From positions 224,001-288,000 of the IMG/VR virus record IMGVR_UViG_3300002835_000001: 64,000 nucleotides of DNA, one strand, 5' to 3'. A program made the translations under genes and the position numbers. This DNA comes from a virus. Taxonomy: Duplodnaviria; Caudoviricetes. Below are positions 28,645 to 37,567 of this stretch, in pieces. The first letter of the stretch is position 1. Each line of letters starts with the position of its first letter. The notes below the pieces were generated by a model that did not search any database, was not told the DNA's origin, and saw only the letters and a list, made by a program, of their open reading frames with translations.

Positions 28645-28956
28645 TTACCACTTAGGAGCCTCTTCCTTAAACTCATCACCTTCTTTTTTCTTAACCGGTT
28701 TTGCGGGTTCTTTAACGGTTTCTTTTTCTTTAATAATAACCGTCTTACCACCACCCGCTGATTGTTGTTGAGTTTGTGAATTTGTAATGTTTATTACTGG
28801 TGCCGCTTGTACTGGTGCTGGTTCTGATTTGTCACCACCACCTAAAAGTGAGGCTGCCCATACACCACCTGCGGTTACTATGGTACCCACAGCACCGATA
28901 AGTGTTTTCTTTAAACCACTCATTGTTCCTTCTTGTTCTTGTGTTTCTTCTGACAT
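28645..28956 (-). CDS. Single-TM protein with Pro/Gln/Lys-rich tail
   Basis: Hydrophobic LIGAVGTIVTAGGVWAASLL. Confidence 0.65.
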   Translation of the reverse strand: MSEETQEQEGTMSGLKKTLIGAVGTIVTAGGVWAASLLGGGDKSEPAPVQAAPVINITNSQTQQQSAGGGKTVIIKEKETVKEPAKPVKKKEGDEFKEEAPKW

Positions 28957-28986
28957 TGTATTTGTTTTTAGTTTATTTTATTAATA

Positions 28987-29706
28987 TTATGCACCAAACG
29001 CTTTAGTAAATCCTTCAGGACAAGTTTTTGTACATATCAAATCTGCAATAACTGGTGCAAATGCTGCTCCAATTGCAATACCAACTCCAGCTGGTGTTGC
29101 CCATAACTCTGCGGAATCTAAACTTTTACCTAAACAATTTGAAATTATATTTTTTAATAGTGTGTGGTCAATACTATCACTAACGTATGGTATTGCTAAA
29201 AATCCTTCTGTTATAATTTCTGTCATTGCCATTACTACCACCACTTTAGCCGCTTTATCTGCAACATAAAGAACAGGTGTTGCCATAAGTGATAGAGTGG
29301 TTGATGTCGCTGCGCCCGCTGGTTGTTCTGGTGCAAATGCCGCAACACAACCCAAACCAATTGCTGCGGTTACTCCTATATTACAAGCATTTTTATCAGC
29401 CCATTGATATGCATCAATTACCCCTTCTTTTACTTCTTCGTAACCTTCTTTAATTACAGACTCTATTTCATTTCCAATATTAATGAGTACTGGTACTACT
29501 TCTTCTTCCCACTCTCTACCAGTTACATCTTCAATTCTATGATTTGTTTCAGGATGGTCGTGTATGTACCTTATTGCTCTATCGGTAAGTCCCCATGATT
29601 CACATGTTGAACAAGGGCCGTCACCACCAAATCCATACCATCTTACATTGTTATCTCCGCAATCTGAGCGATGATAAACTATTCCGTCTCCGTTTCTGTC
29701 TGCCAT
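28987..29706 (-). CDS. Hypothetical protein with Cys-containing N-terminus and Gly/Ala-rich hydrophobic helices
   Basis: No signal peptide; CSTC; GVGIAIGAAFAP. Confidence 0.65.
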   Translation of the reverse strand: MADRNGDGIVYHRSDCGDNNVRWYGFGGDGPCSTCESWGLTDRAIRYIHDHPETNHRIEDVTGREWEEEVVPVLINIGNEIESVIKEGYEEVKEGVIDAYQWADKNACNIGVTAAIGLGCVAAFAPEQPAGAATSTTLSLMATPVLYVADKAAKVVVVMAMTEIITEGFLAIPYVSDSIDHTLLKNIISNCLGKSLDSAELWATPAGVGIAIGAAFAPVIADLICTKTCPEGFTKAFGA

Positions 29707-29726
29707 AATTTTTATTTTTTAATTTT

Positions 29727-30107
29727 TTAGTTTATTTTATTGAAATCTGTTATTCCTAATTGTTTATTATTAGAATCGAATAACCCTATTCTGTATGCTG
29801 ATGATGGTAATGCGTTAGTGTATACCTTTAAAAGGTTATCACCCGCAATTACGTTCATTGTTTCTTTAGATACCACCCTATTGGAAATGTCAAATATTTT
29901 AATCGTTACCGGACCTGCGGTTTCAATTTTAACGTTCATCGCCACTTCTGAAGTGACAAATGATGATTGTAATTTAATACCAATAGAACTTGTCATTTTC
30001 AGGTCTTCTGATATTGATTGAGGTGTAGGTAAGATATCGTCCTTATAACATCCTGTTAAAATTGTGGATACCAATACTAATAAGAGAATCTTTTTCATTT
30101 TTGTCAT
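29727..30107 (-). CDS. Lipoprotein with T9SS C-terminal-domain-like Ig fold
   Basis: LTG-CYKDD lipobox with export signal; IKIFDI..RVV...G.N.L...LP...Y. Confidence 0.65.
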   Translation of the reverse strand: MTKMKKILLLVLVSTILTGCYKDDILPTPQSISEDLKMTSSIGIKLQSSFVTSEVAMNVKIETAGPVTIKIFDISNRVVSKETMNVIAGDNLLKVYTNALPSSAYRIGLFDSNNKQLGITDFNKIN

Positions 30108-30110
30108 TTT

Positions 30111-30452
30111 TTAATTTACTATTATTGTTGTCTTTTTTAATTCTTTTTTATCCACATCCTCAAGTACTAAATATAAATATCCCTTGGGTAATGAATTGGT
30201 ATAAATCTTTTTTTCATTTTTACCTATTTGACCAATAAACTTTTCTCGACTTATTACTTGTCCACTATTTTTATCGATTAAAATTAAATAATGAACAGTA
30301 TTAGAGGTTAAATCAAAAAAAATTGATTGACCATTTGTTACACTACTTTCACCCACATTGAATATTTTTTCAACAGGAGGAGTTGGGGTTGGGATATCCA
30401 TCTTAGTACAACCCCATAGTAAAATCACAAATATGAATAGTATTTTTTTCAT
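30111..30452 (-). CDS. Lipoprotein with T9SS CTD-like fold, paralog of the neighbour
   Basis: LWG-C lipobox; NSLPKGYLYLVL..K..IIVN. Confidence 0.65.
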   Translation of the reverse strand: MKKILFIFVILLWGCTKMDIPTPTPPVEKIFNVGESSVTNGQSIFFDLTSNTVHYLILIDKNSGQVISREKFIGQIGKNEKKIYTNSLPKGYLYLVLEDVDKKELKKTTIIVN

Positions 30453-30455
30453 ATG

Positions 30456-31349
30456 TTAAAATTGAAAGTTTGTTCCTATCATAAACATTATTGGATTACT
30501 CTTTTTATACCCAACCGATTCGCTCAATTTGTCAAAAGTTGTGTTATATCTAATATTAGTATTCAAAATGAACCTTTTAGTTATTTTCCAATCAAACGAT
30601 GTTCCATAATATAAATCTAAATTAAAATCATCAAAATATGATAAATCCGATGTCGTACCATCTTTAAATACTTTATAGACATCACTCATTGCAAATATTT
30701 GCGGTGATATGTTTACCCTTTTTGTTTTCAATGTATATGTGTACATTACCATACCTCTATAACTTATTTCACTTGATGCCGGCACCATTGGATATATTAA
30801 ATCTTTAAAATCACCATTTTCATCTACCGTATATTTTCCTTCCCATTGACCTTCATATGTTCCCCAAAAAGATTTTGATGCAATTAAACTATATCCAAAT
30901 GTTCCAAACTTTTTAGTTCTGAATACATCTATGAATGATAGTGTAATATCTTTTTGGAAATCAAAATCGGTTGAATAAAATGATTGTAATGTAGTAGTTC
31001 TCTTATCTGTATTTCTAGTGAAACCATATCCTACTCCATAATATTTCCATATAGGGTTTATTGACGCTGCGAATGTGTGTCCCCATTGACCATTCATAGA
31101 TGATTTATTGTAACCCAAATTAAGAGTAGTTGATACTTGTCTACCAATTATACCAACTGAAAGATTTGATGATGATAGAACATCTTTTGAAAAATTAACA
31201 TAGGATTGTAATATACCCACATCGTTCCAATCATCACTTTCCCCAAATAATTCCTTTGGTGATAGTTGTAATGTATCGGGTTTTTGTATTTGTGCGTTTG
31301 TCACAAATGTTGTCGAAATTAGTGACAGAATTATTATTAGTTTTTTCAT
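30456..31349 (-). CDS. Putative outer-membrane beta-barrel protein
   Basis: Signal ..TNA/Q; alternating strands; terminal FMIGTNFQF. Confidence 0.7.
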   Translation of the reverse strand: MKKLIIILSLISTTFVTNAQIQKPDTLQLSPKELFGESDDWNDVGILQSYVNFSKDVLSSSNLSVGIIGRQVSTTLNLGYNKSSMNGQWGHTFAASINPIWKYYGVGYGFTRNTDKRTTTLQSFYSTDFDFQKDITLSFIDVFRTKKFGTFGYSLIASKSFWGTYEGQWEGKYTVDENGDFKDLIYPMVPASSEISYRGMVMYTYTLKTKRVNISPQIFAMSDVYKVFKDGTTSDLSYFDDFNLDLYYGTSFDWKITKRFILNTNIRYNTTFDKLSESVGYKKSNPIMFMIGTNFQF

Positions 31350-33643
31350 TAGTTCATTTTTACTTTTAATTGTATTCCATTCTTATTGACGGCATCGGTT
31401 GTTGATATTGAAGTTAAACCCAAAGTACCACTCAATCCTATTAATGGTAAAAATGTTATTTTATATTCTGTTGTTTTATCCAATAATGTTGAACCATCAG
31501 TAATCAATGAACCTAATGTTATTGATGAACCTCTATTAGTTCCAAAATTGGTAGGAGTTCCATTTGTGGTGAATTCTACCTTTTCAAACTTTAATGCTGT
31601 ATTATCGTAGTTTAAATTGAATTGAGTACCAACCAACTCTTGTTGTAAAGGGTCTACCGAAATCGTTACTACTAATTTACCACCAATGTTTTCACCCATT
31701 AGATATGCGTTGATTTGATTGGAAACTGAATTAGTACCCAAACTCATAGTTCTAATAGAATTACTAGCAACACCACTTGTACTTTGTTGTGCTGAATGAG
31801 ATAGGTTTACATCACCAAGCCAAGTAACATTAACATTGTATGTGTTATTAAGTGTACCCGTATTTAAACTAAACGGATATAAACTTCTTGTTGAATTAAA
31901 TTTGGTATTCCAATTAGATTTAGTAATCCCATCATAATCTGATTTACTATAAAGTTTCATCAGAAAAGTTAATAGTGGATTTTGTGTAAGTGGTTGAACT
32001 CCTGTTAAATGTTGTAATAGTTTATATGTATCTGCTTCGTTGAATATACCATTACCATCAACGTCCGCATTAATAAATTGAATACCGTTTGTAAATTCAT
32101 TTCCACTTTCATTTCCAAATATTCCACCATTTGATAATTCTTTGAAGGCAATAAAGACATCCGATACGGTCACAATACTATTGTATAAAGTGTTTAAATC
32201 CGTTTGATTGGTGTATGTTAACTCAATCCCATGTTGTTTATATGACATTATTGGTGAGAAAGTAAATTCTGCTCTTGTTCCATACCAACCATCTTGTAAT
32301 CTTAATTGTGCCTGAAATGTGGATGATGTTATCTTAGTTGTCAAATTACCGGGCATTATATAAGTTTTCCAAAACCCACTTACACTATGAATACTAACCG
32401 GTCCATCGTATATATCAAATAATTTAACTGATGTTATATCACTTGGAGATACTCCTGTCCCATCAAATTCCCTTTCGTCTATTAATAATTGATGCCCACC
32501 TAAATTTGCATCATACGGATTTATTATTGCCCATTCAACTTGTCCTGCAGTTGTTGACGCTTTAGTACCAATACCACTTACCTTTGCAGTATCTAAATCA
32601 TTTGTAATGTCAACCTTACCCAATCCACTTATTGCTCGTGATGTGTTGGTTGTTGTACTCCATAGATTATTTACATATCTATTTGCCTTTGTTGAGAATT
32701 TAGTTTCATCTATATTACTCCCAAAATCAAAATTAAATTTAGCGGTTAAAACTTCACCATTTGAATGAGATACACTATTGGTATAAAATTCAGTAAATGT
32801 TGCATCATCGGGATTAGACCAAGTTCCATATTCAATTATGTATGGATTAGTCCAATTATTTGATAAATCATTCCAAGTTGATGCACCACCCCAATTTGTT
32901 ACCGCATAATCCTCACTATGATTATATCCATTAGGTTCACCACCTGCCCAGTTGTTATACACACCAGGTCTATTTCCTGCCGTCTGTCCATTTGATGTTT
33001 TCATAACAGTTCCTTTTTCAGGTCCCGCATCAATTACCCAAGTTCCATCTATAACCTCATCTGTTGCTGCAAACCATATATTAGCTTGTGGTACGTTAGA
33101 AAATATAAAAGCATTTTCAGATGCCGATGTTATTGTTACTAAATAACCTGTCTGTCCTTTGAATGTTGTTAATAACGATGCCGATCTAGCACCAGTATAA
33201 GTTGTACCTGCCGTTACGGGTTTATAAAAATGACCATTTACACCATTGTAATAAAATCCTGTTGGATTGATTGTTGCAGCAACCGATAATTTTACATTAC
33301 CAACTACCGAACCTGTGTTTATTTTTAGGGATGTCAATGCCGTATTGATACTTGCCATTGTACCCGTTATTACTAAACGAGTTTTATTACCACTTAAAGT
33401 AAATCCACTTGCAGCAGTTAGACCCGTTGTTGTGTTCAATACGAATGTTGTACCTGTTGGAAATTCTACTAAACTAATTGATGCTAATAAAGTTGACGTT
33501 GAACTAAACCCACTTAAAACAAAACCACTAGCATCTTGTGCACTAGTGGATTGTAAAAAAGACTTAGAGTCCGGAGCAGATACACTCTGTCCGAACCCTA
33601 AGAATGATGTAAATAAAAATAATATTAAAAATAATTTCTTCAT
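31349..33643 (-). CDS. Large exported protein with C-type lectin-like, dockerin-like and cohesin-like domains
   Basis: GYLVTITSASEN..WFAATD..GTW..YNNWAGGEPN..EDY..WND; ADVDGNGIFNEAD..LLQHLTG; GTQFNLNYD..L.F. Confidence 0.8.
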   Translation of the reverse strand: MKKLFLILFLFTSFLGFGQSVSAPDSKSFLQSTSAQDASGFVLSGFSSTSTLLASISLVEFPTGTTFVLNTTTGLTAASGFTLSGNKTRLVITGTMASINTALTSLKINTGSVVGNVKLSVAATINPTGFYYNGVNGHFYKPVTAGTTYTGARSASLLTTFKGQTGYLVTITSASENAFIFSNVPQANIWFAATDEVIDGTWVIDAGPEKGTVMKTSNGQTAGNRPGVYNNWAGGEPNGYNHSEDYAVTNWGGASTWNDLSNNWTNPYIIEYGTWSNPDDATFTEFYTNSVSHSNGEVLTAKFNFDFGSNIDETKFSTKANRYVNNLWSTTTNTSRAISGLGKVDITNDLDTAKVSGIGTKASTTAGQVEWAIINPYDANLGGHQLLIDEREFDGTGVSPSDITSVKLFDIYDGPVSIHSVSGFWKTYIMPGNLTTKITSSTFQAQLRLQDGWYGTRAEFTFSPIMSYKQHGIELTYTNQTDLNTLYNSIVTVSDVFIAFKELSNGGIFGNESGNEFTNGIQFINADVDGNGIFNEADTYKLLQHLTGVQPLTQNPLLTFLMKLYSKSDYDGITKSNWNTKFNSTRSLYPFSLNTGTLNNTYNVNVTWLGDVNLSHSAQQSTSGVASNSIRTMSLGTNSVSNQINAYLMGENIGGKLVVTISVDPLQQELVGTQFNLNYDNTALKFEKVEFTTNGTPTNFGTNRGSSITLGSLITDGSTLLDKTTEYKITFLPLIGLSGTLGLTSISTTDAVNKNGIQLKVKMN

Positions 33644-33646
33644 AAA

Positions 33647-35302
33647 TTACTCCACTGTCAAATTTATCTTGTTTCCGTTTCCGTCAACAGCATCAGATAA
33701 AACTGTATAGAATAAACCCGCAGTGTTTGTTATGGTTTCTTTTGGTGTAAATGTTAATTTATATGGTGTACCTGTTTTAATTCTTGCGGTTTTTGTTTGA
33801 TCCATAGAACCAAATGTTAATCTACCATCTCCGTTTGTTGAGAAGTTAGTTACGATTGGTCCCGCGTCAAATGAAATATTATCAAAAGTTAATTTAGAAT
33901 TATCATATTGTAATATAACCTCCAAACCAGCTAAACCTTCTTTTGTTAAATTACCTGTCAATACAACCTTACCGTTAACTATTGTAGAGGTTAAACTTAA
34001 TTTAGCGGTTTCAAATACTTGATTATATGACATTGATTGAACTGACATTGATTTATTATTATCATTGACGGAATTAACAAAATTACCACTTGCAACTCTA
34101 CTTGCAATTTCGGTTGCGGATGATGAATGAGACCAATCTAAATCACCTCCCCATGCAAATACCATATCTACTACTTTAATAGGAGTATCGATTATAACTT
34201 TATTTTTTATAACACCATTTAACCAATTTTGATTTAATAAACCACTATACCATCTTACATTTTCAGATGTGGTGGTTGATTTTGGAATTTTTGCACTAGA
34301 AGATACATCTATTCCCATTACATGTGCGAATGTATAATATGAATCCGATTCACTAAACGCACTATTGGCGTTTGTAACTCTTGCAATCATTTTTTCTAAA
34401 TTAGGATATACAAAGTATGTTTGTGTACCTGAAATATCTACTTGTGAAATACCTAAGAATGATTTATATGCGTCCGATACGGTTATAATATTATTCATAA
34501 ATGTTTTAGTCCCCGTTGGTTGGACGTATACACCAAAAGTATCTCCCACCTTAACTTCAGTTGTGAATATTGCTTCACCAGTTGCATCCAATACCTTTTG
34601 AGCTATTGGTTGTTTAGTCCAATCTATATCACCACTAGCATCAGTTTTAAGTGGCATCAATTGTATATTATGACTAGTTATACTATATCCTGTTGGAAAT
34701 AAAACTCTAACTTTGAATTGAGAAGTATTACCCGATACATTTGATAAAGATATTGTGCCCGGATTAGTTGTGATTGGAGTAATATACTCACTCGTAGCAT
34801 TGATGGAATATGATAAATCTAATTTATGAATATTTGTATAATCAACTAAATCTTTGATTACATATTTTTGAGTTGCAATATCACCATTGATTGACGCATC
34901 GGTTCTTTGTACTGTCAATTGTCCGGCGTTCCAATCTGCGTTAGCCACATATCCCCACGGAGTTGCTAAATATTGTGCATATAAACTTGTAGCAGTAATA
35001 CCATTTGCTGTACTTGGTGTAAATTTATACCCTGACCAACCAGTATAAAATGTTTGTACTGATGAACCTTGTGAGAATACAGTAGAAACATATGATAATG
35101 CTTTATTGTTGAATTGGTATCTTAACCAAAAATAACGAGGGGTAGTCGTACCTCTATCAATTGTATACTTCACCGAAAGAGTATCACCAACTTTTAAGTT
35201 TGAAGTGGGTGAAAACGATTGGTTAATTGTCAATTGAGCAAATGATGTAAACGTAATTAGGGATAGGGTTAGTATCACTATGAGTGTTAATAGTTTTTTC
35301 AT
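33647..35302 (-). CDS. Large exported protein with cohesin-like domains and degenerate dockerin-like segment
   Basis: Signal ..SFA/Q; AGLEVILQYDNSKLTF; TVSD..GDLDWSHS parallels the neighbour. Confidence 0.72.
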   Translation of the reverse strand: MKKLLTLIVILTLSLITFTSFAQLTINQSFSPTSNLKVGDTLSVKYTIDRGTTTPRYFWLRYQFNNKALSYVSTVFSQGSSVQTFYTGWSGYKFTPSTANGITATSLYAQYLATPWGYVANADWNAGQLTVQRTDASINGDIATQKYVIKDLVDYTNIHKLDLSYSINATSEYITPITTNPGTISLSNVSGNTSQFKVRVLFPTGYSITSHNIQLMPLKTDASGDIDWTKQPIAQKVLDATGEAIFTTEVKVGDTFGVYVQPTGTKTFMNNIITVSDAYKSFLGISQVDISGTQTYFVYPNLEKMIARVTNANSAFSESDSYYTFAHVMGIDVSSSAKIPKSTTTSENVRWYSGLLNQNWLNGVIKNKVIIDTPIKVVDMVFAWGGDLDWSHSSSATEIASRVASGNFVNSVNDNNKSMSVQSMSYNQVFETAKLSLTSTIVNGKVVLTGNLTKEGLAGLEVILQYDNSKLTFDNISFDAGPIVTNFSTNGDGRLTFGSMDQTKTARIKTGTPYKLTFTPKETITNTAGLFYTVLSDAVDGNGNKINLTVE

Positions 35303-35307
35303 TTTTA

Positions 35308-35958
35308 TTATTTTTTATCCATTAATTTATTTATTAGTTTTTCACTAGCCTTTTTGAGAGCATTACTTAAAGATGTCTGATTAAATGAACCTCCTTCGTC
35401 AACAATAAGTGTTGACATAGAAACTTCAGATGATGACTCCTCAACAATAAGTTCTTTTTCTTTTTTACCGTCTTTTGTTAATGTTCCTTTCAATCTAATA
35501 ACCACTTCTTCCTCACCAGAATGGAAAACCGATATGTTCTTCTTTGTTGTAAGAACGTCTAAATAAACAATTTGTACTTTTAATTTGTATGGAGATGATG
35601 CCGATAAATCGTAACCCTTTTCTTGTAAAAACTCTTCTAATATGTTTTTAACCCCAAATGCTAAATTTCTATTACCTGCTAGTTTACCAATTTTAACCTC
35701 ATTGGTTACACTTTCGACCCAAATGTGGTCGTCGGCATCGTACCAAATATTTTCAGGGGAGTTTTTGAATGTACCATCGATTCTCCATTCAATCCAATTT
35801 ATTACGTTTCTCTGTAATTCATGTTTACCTGAAAATTCTAAATAAACGAAGAATAATTGAAAACACAGTGCGAATGCAATCCAAAACCCAACTAATGATA
35901 AAAATATCATAGCAAGTTTGTCGCCAATGTTAATAGTAAGTGATTTGATTTTTTCCAT
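35308..35958 (-). CDS. Membrane-anchored alpha/beta protein (CsgG/LptE-like fold suspected)
   Basis: N-terminal TM; LAFGVKNILEE.L...GY, SNALKKA C-terminal helix. Confidence 0.5.
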   Translation of the reverse strand: MEKIKSLTINIGDKLAMIFLSLVGFWIAFALCFQLFFVYLEFSGKHELQRNVINWIEWRIDGTFKNSPENIWYDADDHIWVESVTNEVKIGKLAGNRNLAFGVKNILEEFLQEKGYDLSASSPYKLKVQIVYLDVLTTKKNISVFHSGEEEVVIRLKGTLTKDGKKEKELIVEESSSEVSMSTLIVDEGGSFNQTSLSNALKKASEKLINKLMDKK

Positions 35959-36140
35959 AAGGTTCTAAGTTTTTTTACCCACTCAGAACCACATATTAAT
36001 ATCATATTAATATAATATGTAATGTATTGAGAGAGATACATTTATTTTTGTCCCTTATAAATATCAAGATATGGTAACTAGTCAAAAAAAATTTATTAAA
36101 ATATTTTTAACTTTTTCTTGTTTATATATATATTTATTGT

Positions 36141-36148
36141 TATCTTTG
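36141..36148 (+). promoter_or_regulatory. Bacteroidota-type promoter element heading the tRNA region
   Basis: TATCTTTG. Confidence 0.6.
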
Positions 36149-36178
36149 TAGAAAGAAAAAAATATTAAATAAAATTCA

Positions 36179-36274
36179 ATGAGACAATTAACACATATGC
36201 CGTCAACATCAAACCAACTAAATTGGAATGAGCAACCTATGTCCATATGTCTCGATGATACTGATGTGGGTTAA
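36179..36274 (+). CDS. 31-aa putative leader peptide
   Basis: MRQLTHMPSTSNQLNWNEQPMSICLDDTDVG between promoter and terminator. Confidence 0.35.
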   Translation: MRQLTHMPSTSNQLNWNEQPMSICLDDTDVG

Positions 36275-36296
36275 GTAATTAACCTAATATAATTAG

Positions 36297-36331
36297 AAAA
36301 CCTCGGGACTTAAAAAATCTCGAGGTTTTTT
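36297..36331 (+). terminator. Terminator/attenuator upstream of the first tRNA
   Basis: AAAACCTCGGGA-cttaaaaaa-TCTCGAGGTTTTTT. Confidence 0.75.
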
Positions 36332-36344
36332 GTTTTATACAAAT

Positions 36345-36419
36345 AGGGTAATGGACTAATGGCTAAGTCACTTGCTTTGGGAGCAAGGCATCATGGAGGT
36401 TCGAGTCCTCTTTACCCTA
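36345..36419 (+). tRNA. tRNA-Pro(UGG)
   Basis: AGGGTAA/TTACCCT acceptor; CTTGC-TTTGGGA-GCAAG; TTCGAGT loop. Confidence 0.9.
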
Positions 36420-36424
36420 CAAAC

Positions 36425-36496
36425 GCTGATTTAGCTCAGAGGCAGAGCACGAAGCTGTTAACTTCGGGGTCCGGATATCGTAATTCTGAATCAGCG
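36425..36496 (+). tRNA. tRNA-Asn(GUU), atypical T-loop
   Basis: GCTGATT/AATCAGC; CGAAG-CTGTTAA-CTTCG; T-loop reads ATCGTAA. Confidence 0.8.
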
Positions 36497-36501
36497 CAAA
36501 C

Positions 36502-36573
36502 ATCCGTGTAGTTCAATCGGTAGAACGTCGGTCTCCAAAACCGAAAATGAAGGTTCGAGTCCTTACATGGGTG
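36502..36573 (+). tRNA. tRNA-Trp(CCA)
   Basis: TCGGT-CTCCAAA-ACCGA; canonical T arm. Confidence 0.9.
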
Positions 36574-36580
36574 CAATAAT

Positions 36581-36660
36581 ACCCGAGTGGTGGAATGGTA
36601 TACACAGCGGTCTTAGAAACCGTGTCGAAAGGCGTGTCGGTTCGAGTCCGACCTTGGGTA
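36581..36660 (+). tRNA. tRNA-Leu(UAG)
   Basis: ACCCGAG/CTTGGGT; GCGGT-CTTAGAA-ACCGT; variable arm with GAAA loop. Confidence 0.92.
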
Positions 36661-36665
36661 CATAT

Positions 36666-36736
36666 TGTCCTTTGGTATAACGGTAGTACAAATGTTTTTG
36701 GAGCATCTAGTTGAGGTTCGAATCCTTGAGGGACAA
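36666..36736 (+). tRNA. tRNA-Gln(UUG)
   Basis: TGTCCTT/AGGGACA; loop TTTTGGA. Confidence 0.88.
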
Positions 36737-36738
36737 CT

Positions 36739-36811
36739 GTGTTTATAGTGTTAATGGTTAGCACGTCAGTTTGTGGTACTGATAGTATGGGTTCAAATCC
36801 CATTAAACACC
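36739..36811 (+). tRNA. tRNA-His(GUG), no encoded G-1
   Basis: GTGTTTA/TAAACAC, C73; TCAGT-TTGTGGT-ACTGA. Confidence 0.9.
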
Positions 36812-36873
36812 CTTTGGTTATTAGTGTTCCAAATCAAACAAAAAAATGGACTTTTGGAACATTAATAATATAT

Positions 36874-36948
36874 TGCGGGATGTGTAGAAAATGGTTATCT
36901 CGTCGGTCTCATAAGCCGAAGTTCTGGGTTCAAGTCCCAGTCCCGCAA
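36874..36948 (+). tRNA. tRNA-Met(CAU), initiator-like sequence
   Basis: TGCGGGA/TCCCGCA; TCGGT-CTCATAA-GCCGA; irregular D arm. Confidence 0.8.
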
Positions 36949-37084
36949 CTACAGAAGCAAAGTATTTTAAGTAAAATTTTGCAAAGTAAAAAAAAAGTTT
37001 TACATTCGTACCATAATTAAATGGGGTGAGATGTATTACCTATAGTTCCCATAAATGGGGTCATAAATTATTAATTAATTAAGT

Positions 37085-37567
37085 ATGAAAAAAAGATTAT
37101 TATTTATCGTGTTGTTTATCATAGTAACAACATCAACAATTAAAACAGAAGGAAAAACAATTAAATTAAACAATAACCAAATACCAAAAATAAGTTATGT
37201 AAATTTATATAATACTATTTTATCGATGGGTATTCTATATCCAGATATTGTATTTGCCCAAGCGGTGTTAGAATCTGGAAGTTTTAAATCAAATTTAGCA
37301 ATATTAAATAATAATATTTTTGGTATGAGACACCCAAAAATCCGTGAAACAACCGCAATAGGTGAAGGAAAGAGTGGATATGCAAAATACAAAACGTGGG
37401 TACAAAGTGTTGAGGATTACCAACATTGGCAGGATTTTTTTCTAAAAGATAAGGAAATTTCAAGACAAGAATATCTTAATCTATTAGGAAGAATATACGC
37501 AACTGATAAAAATTATATATTAAGATTAAATCGTAAAATTAAAGAATATAAACACATATTAGGTTAA
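37085..37567 (+). CDS. GH73 glucosaminidase (peptidoglycan hydrolase) with N-terminal signal/anchor
   Basis: QAVLESG, NNIFGM, Y..W..SVEDY, YATDKNY. Confidence 0.88.
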   Translation: MKKRLLFIVLFIIVTTSTIKTEGKTIKLNNNQIPKISYVNLYNTILSMGILYPDIVFAQAVLESGSFKSNLAILNNNIFGMRHPKIRETTAIGEGKSGYAKYKTWVQSVEDYQHWQDFFLKDKEISRQEYLNLLGRIYATDKNYILRLNRKIKEYKHILG

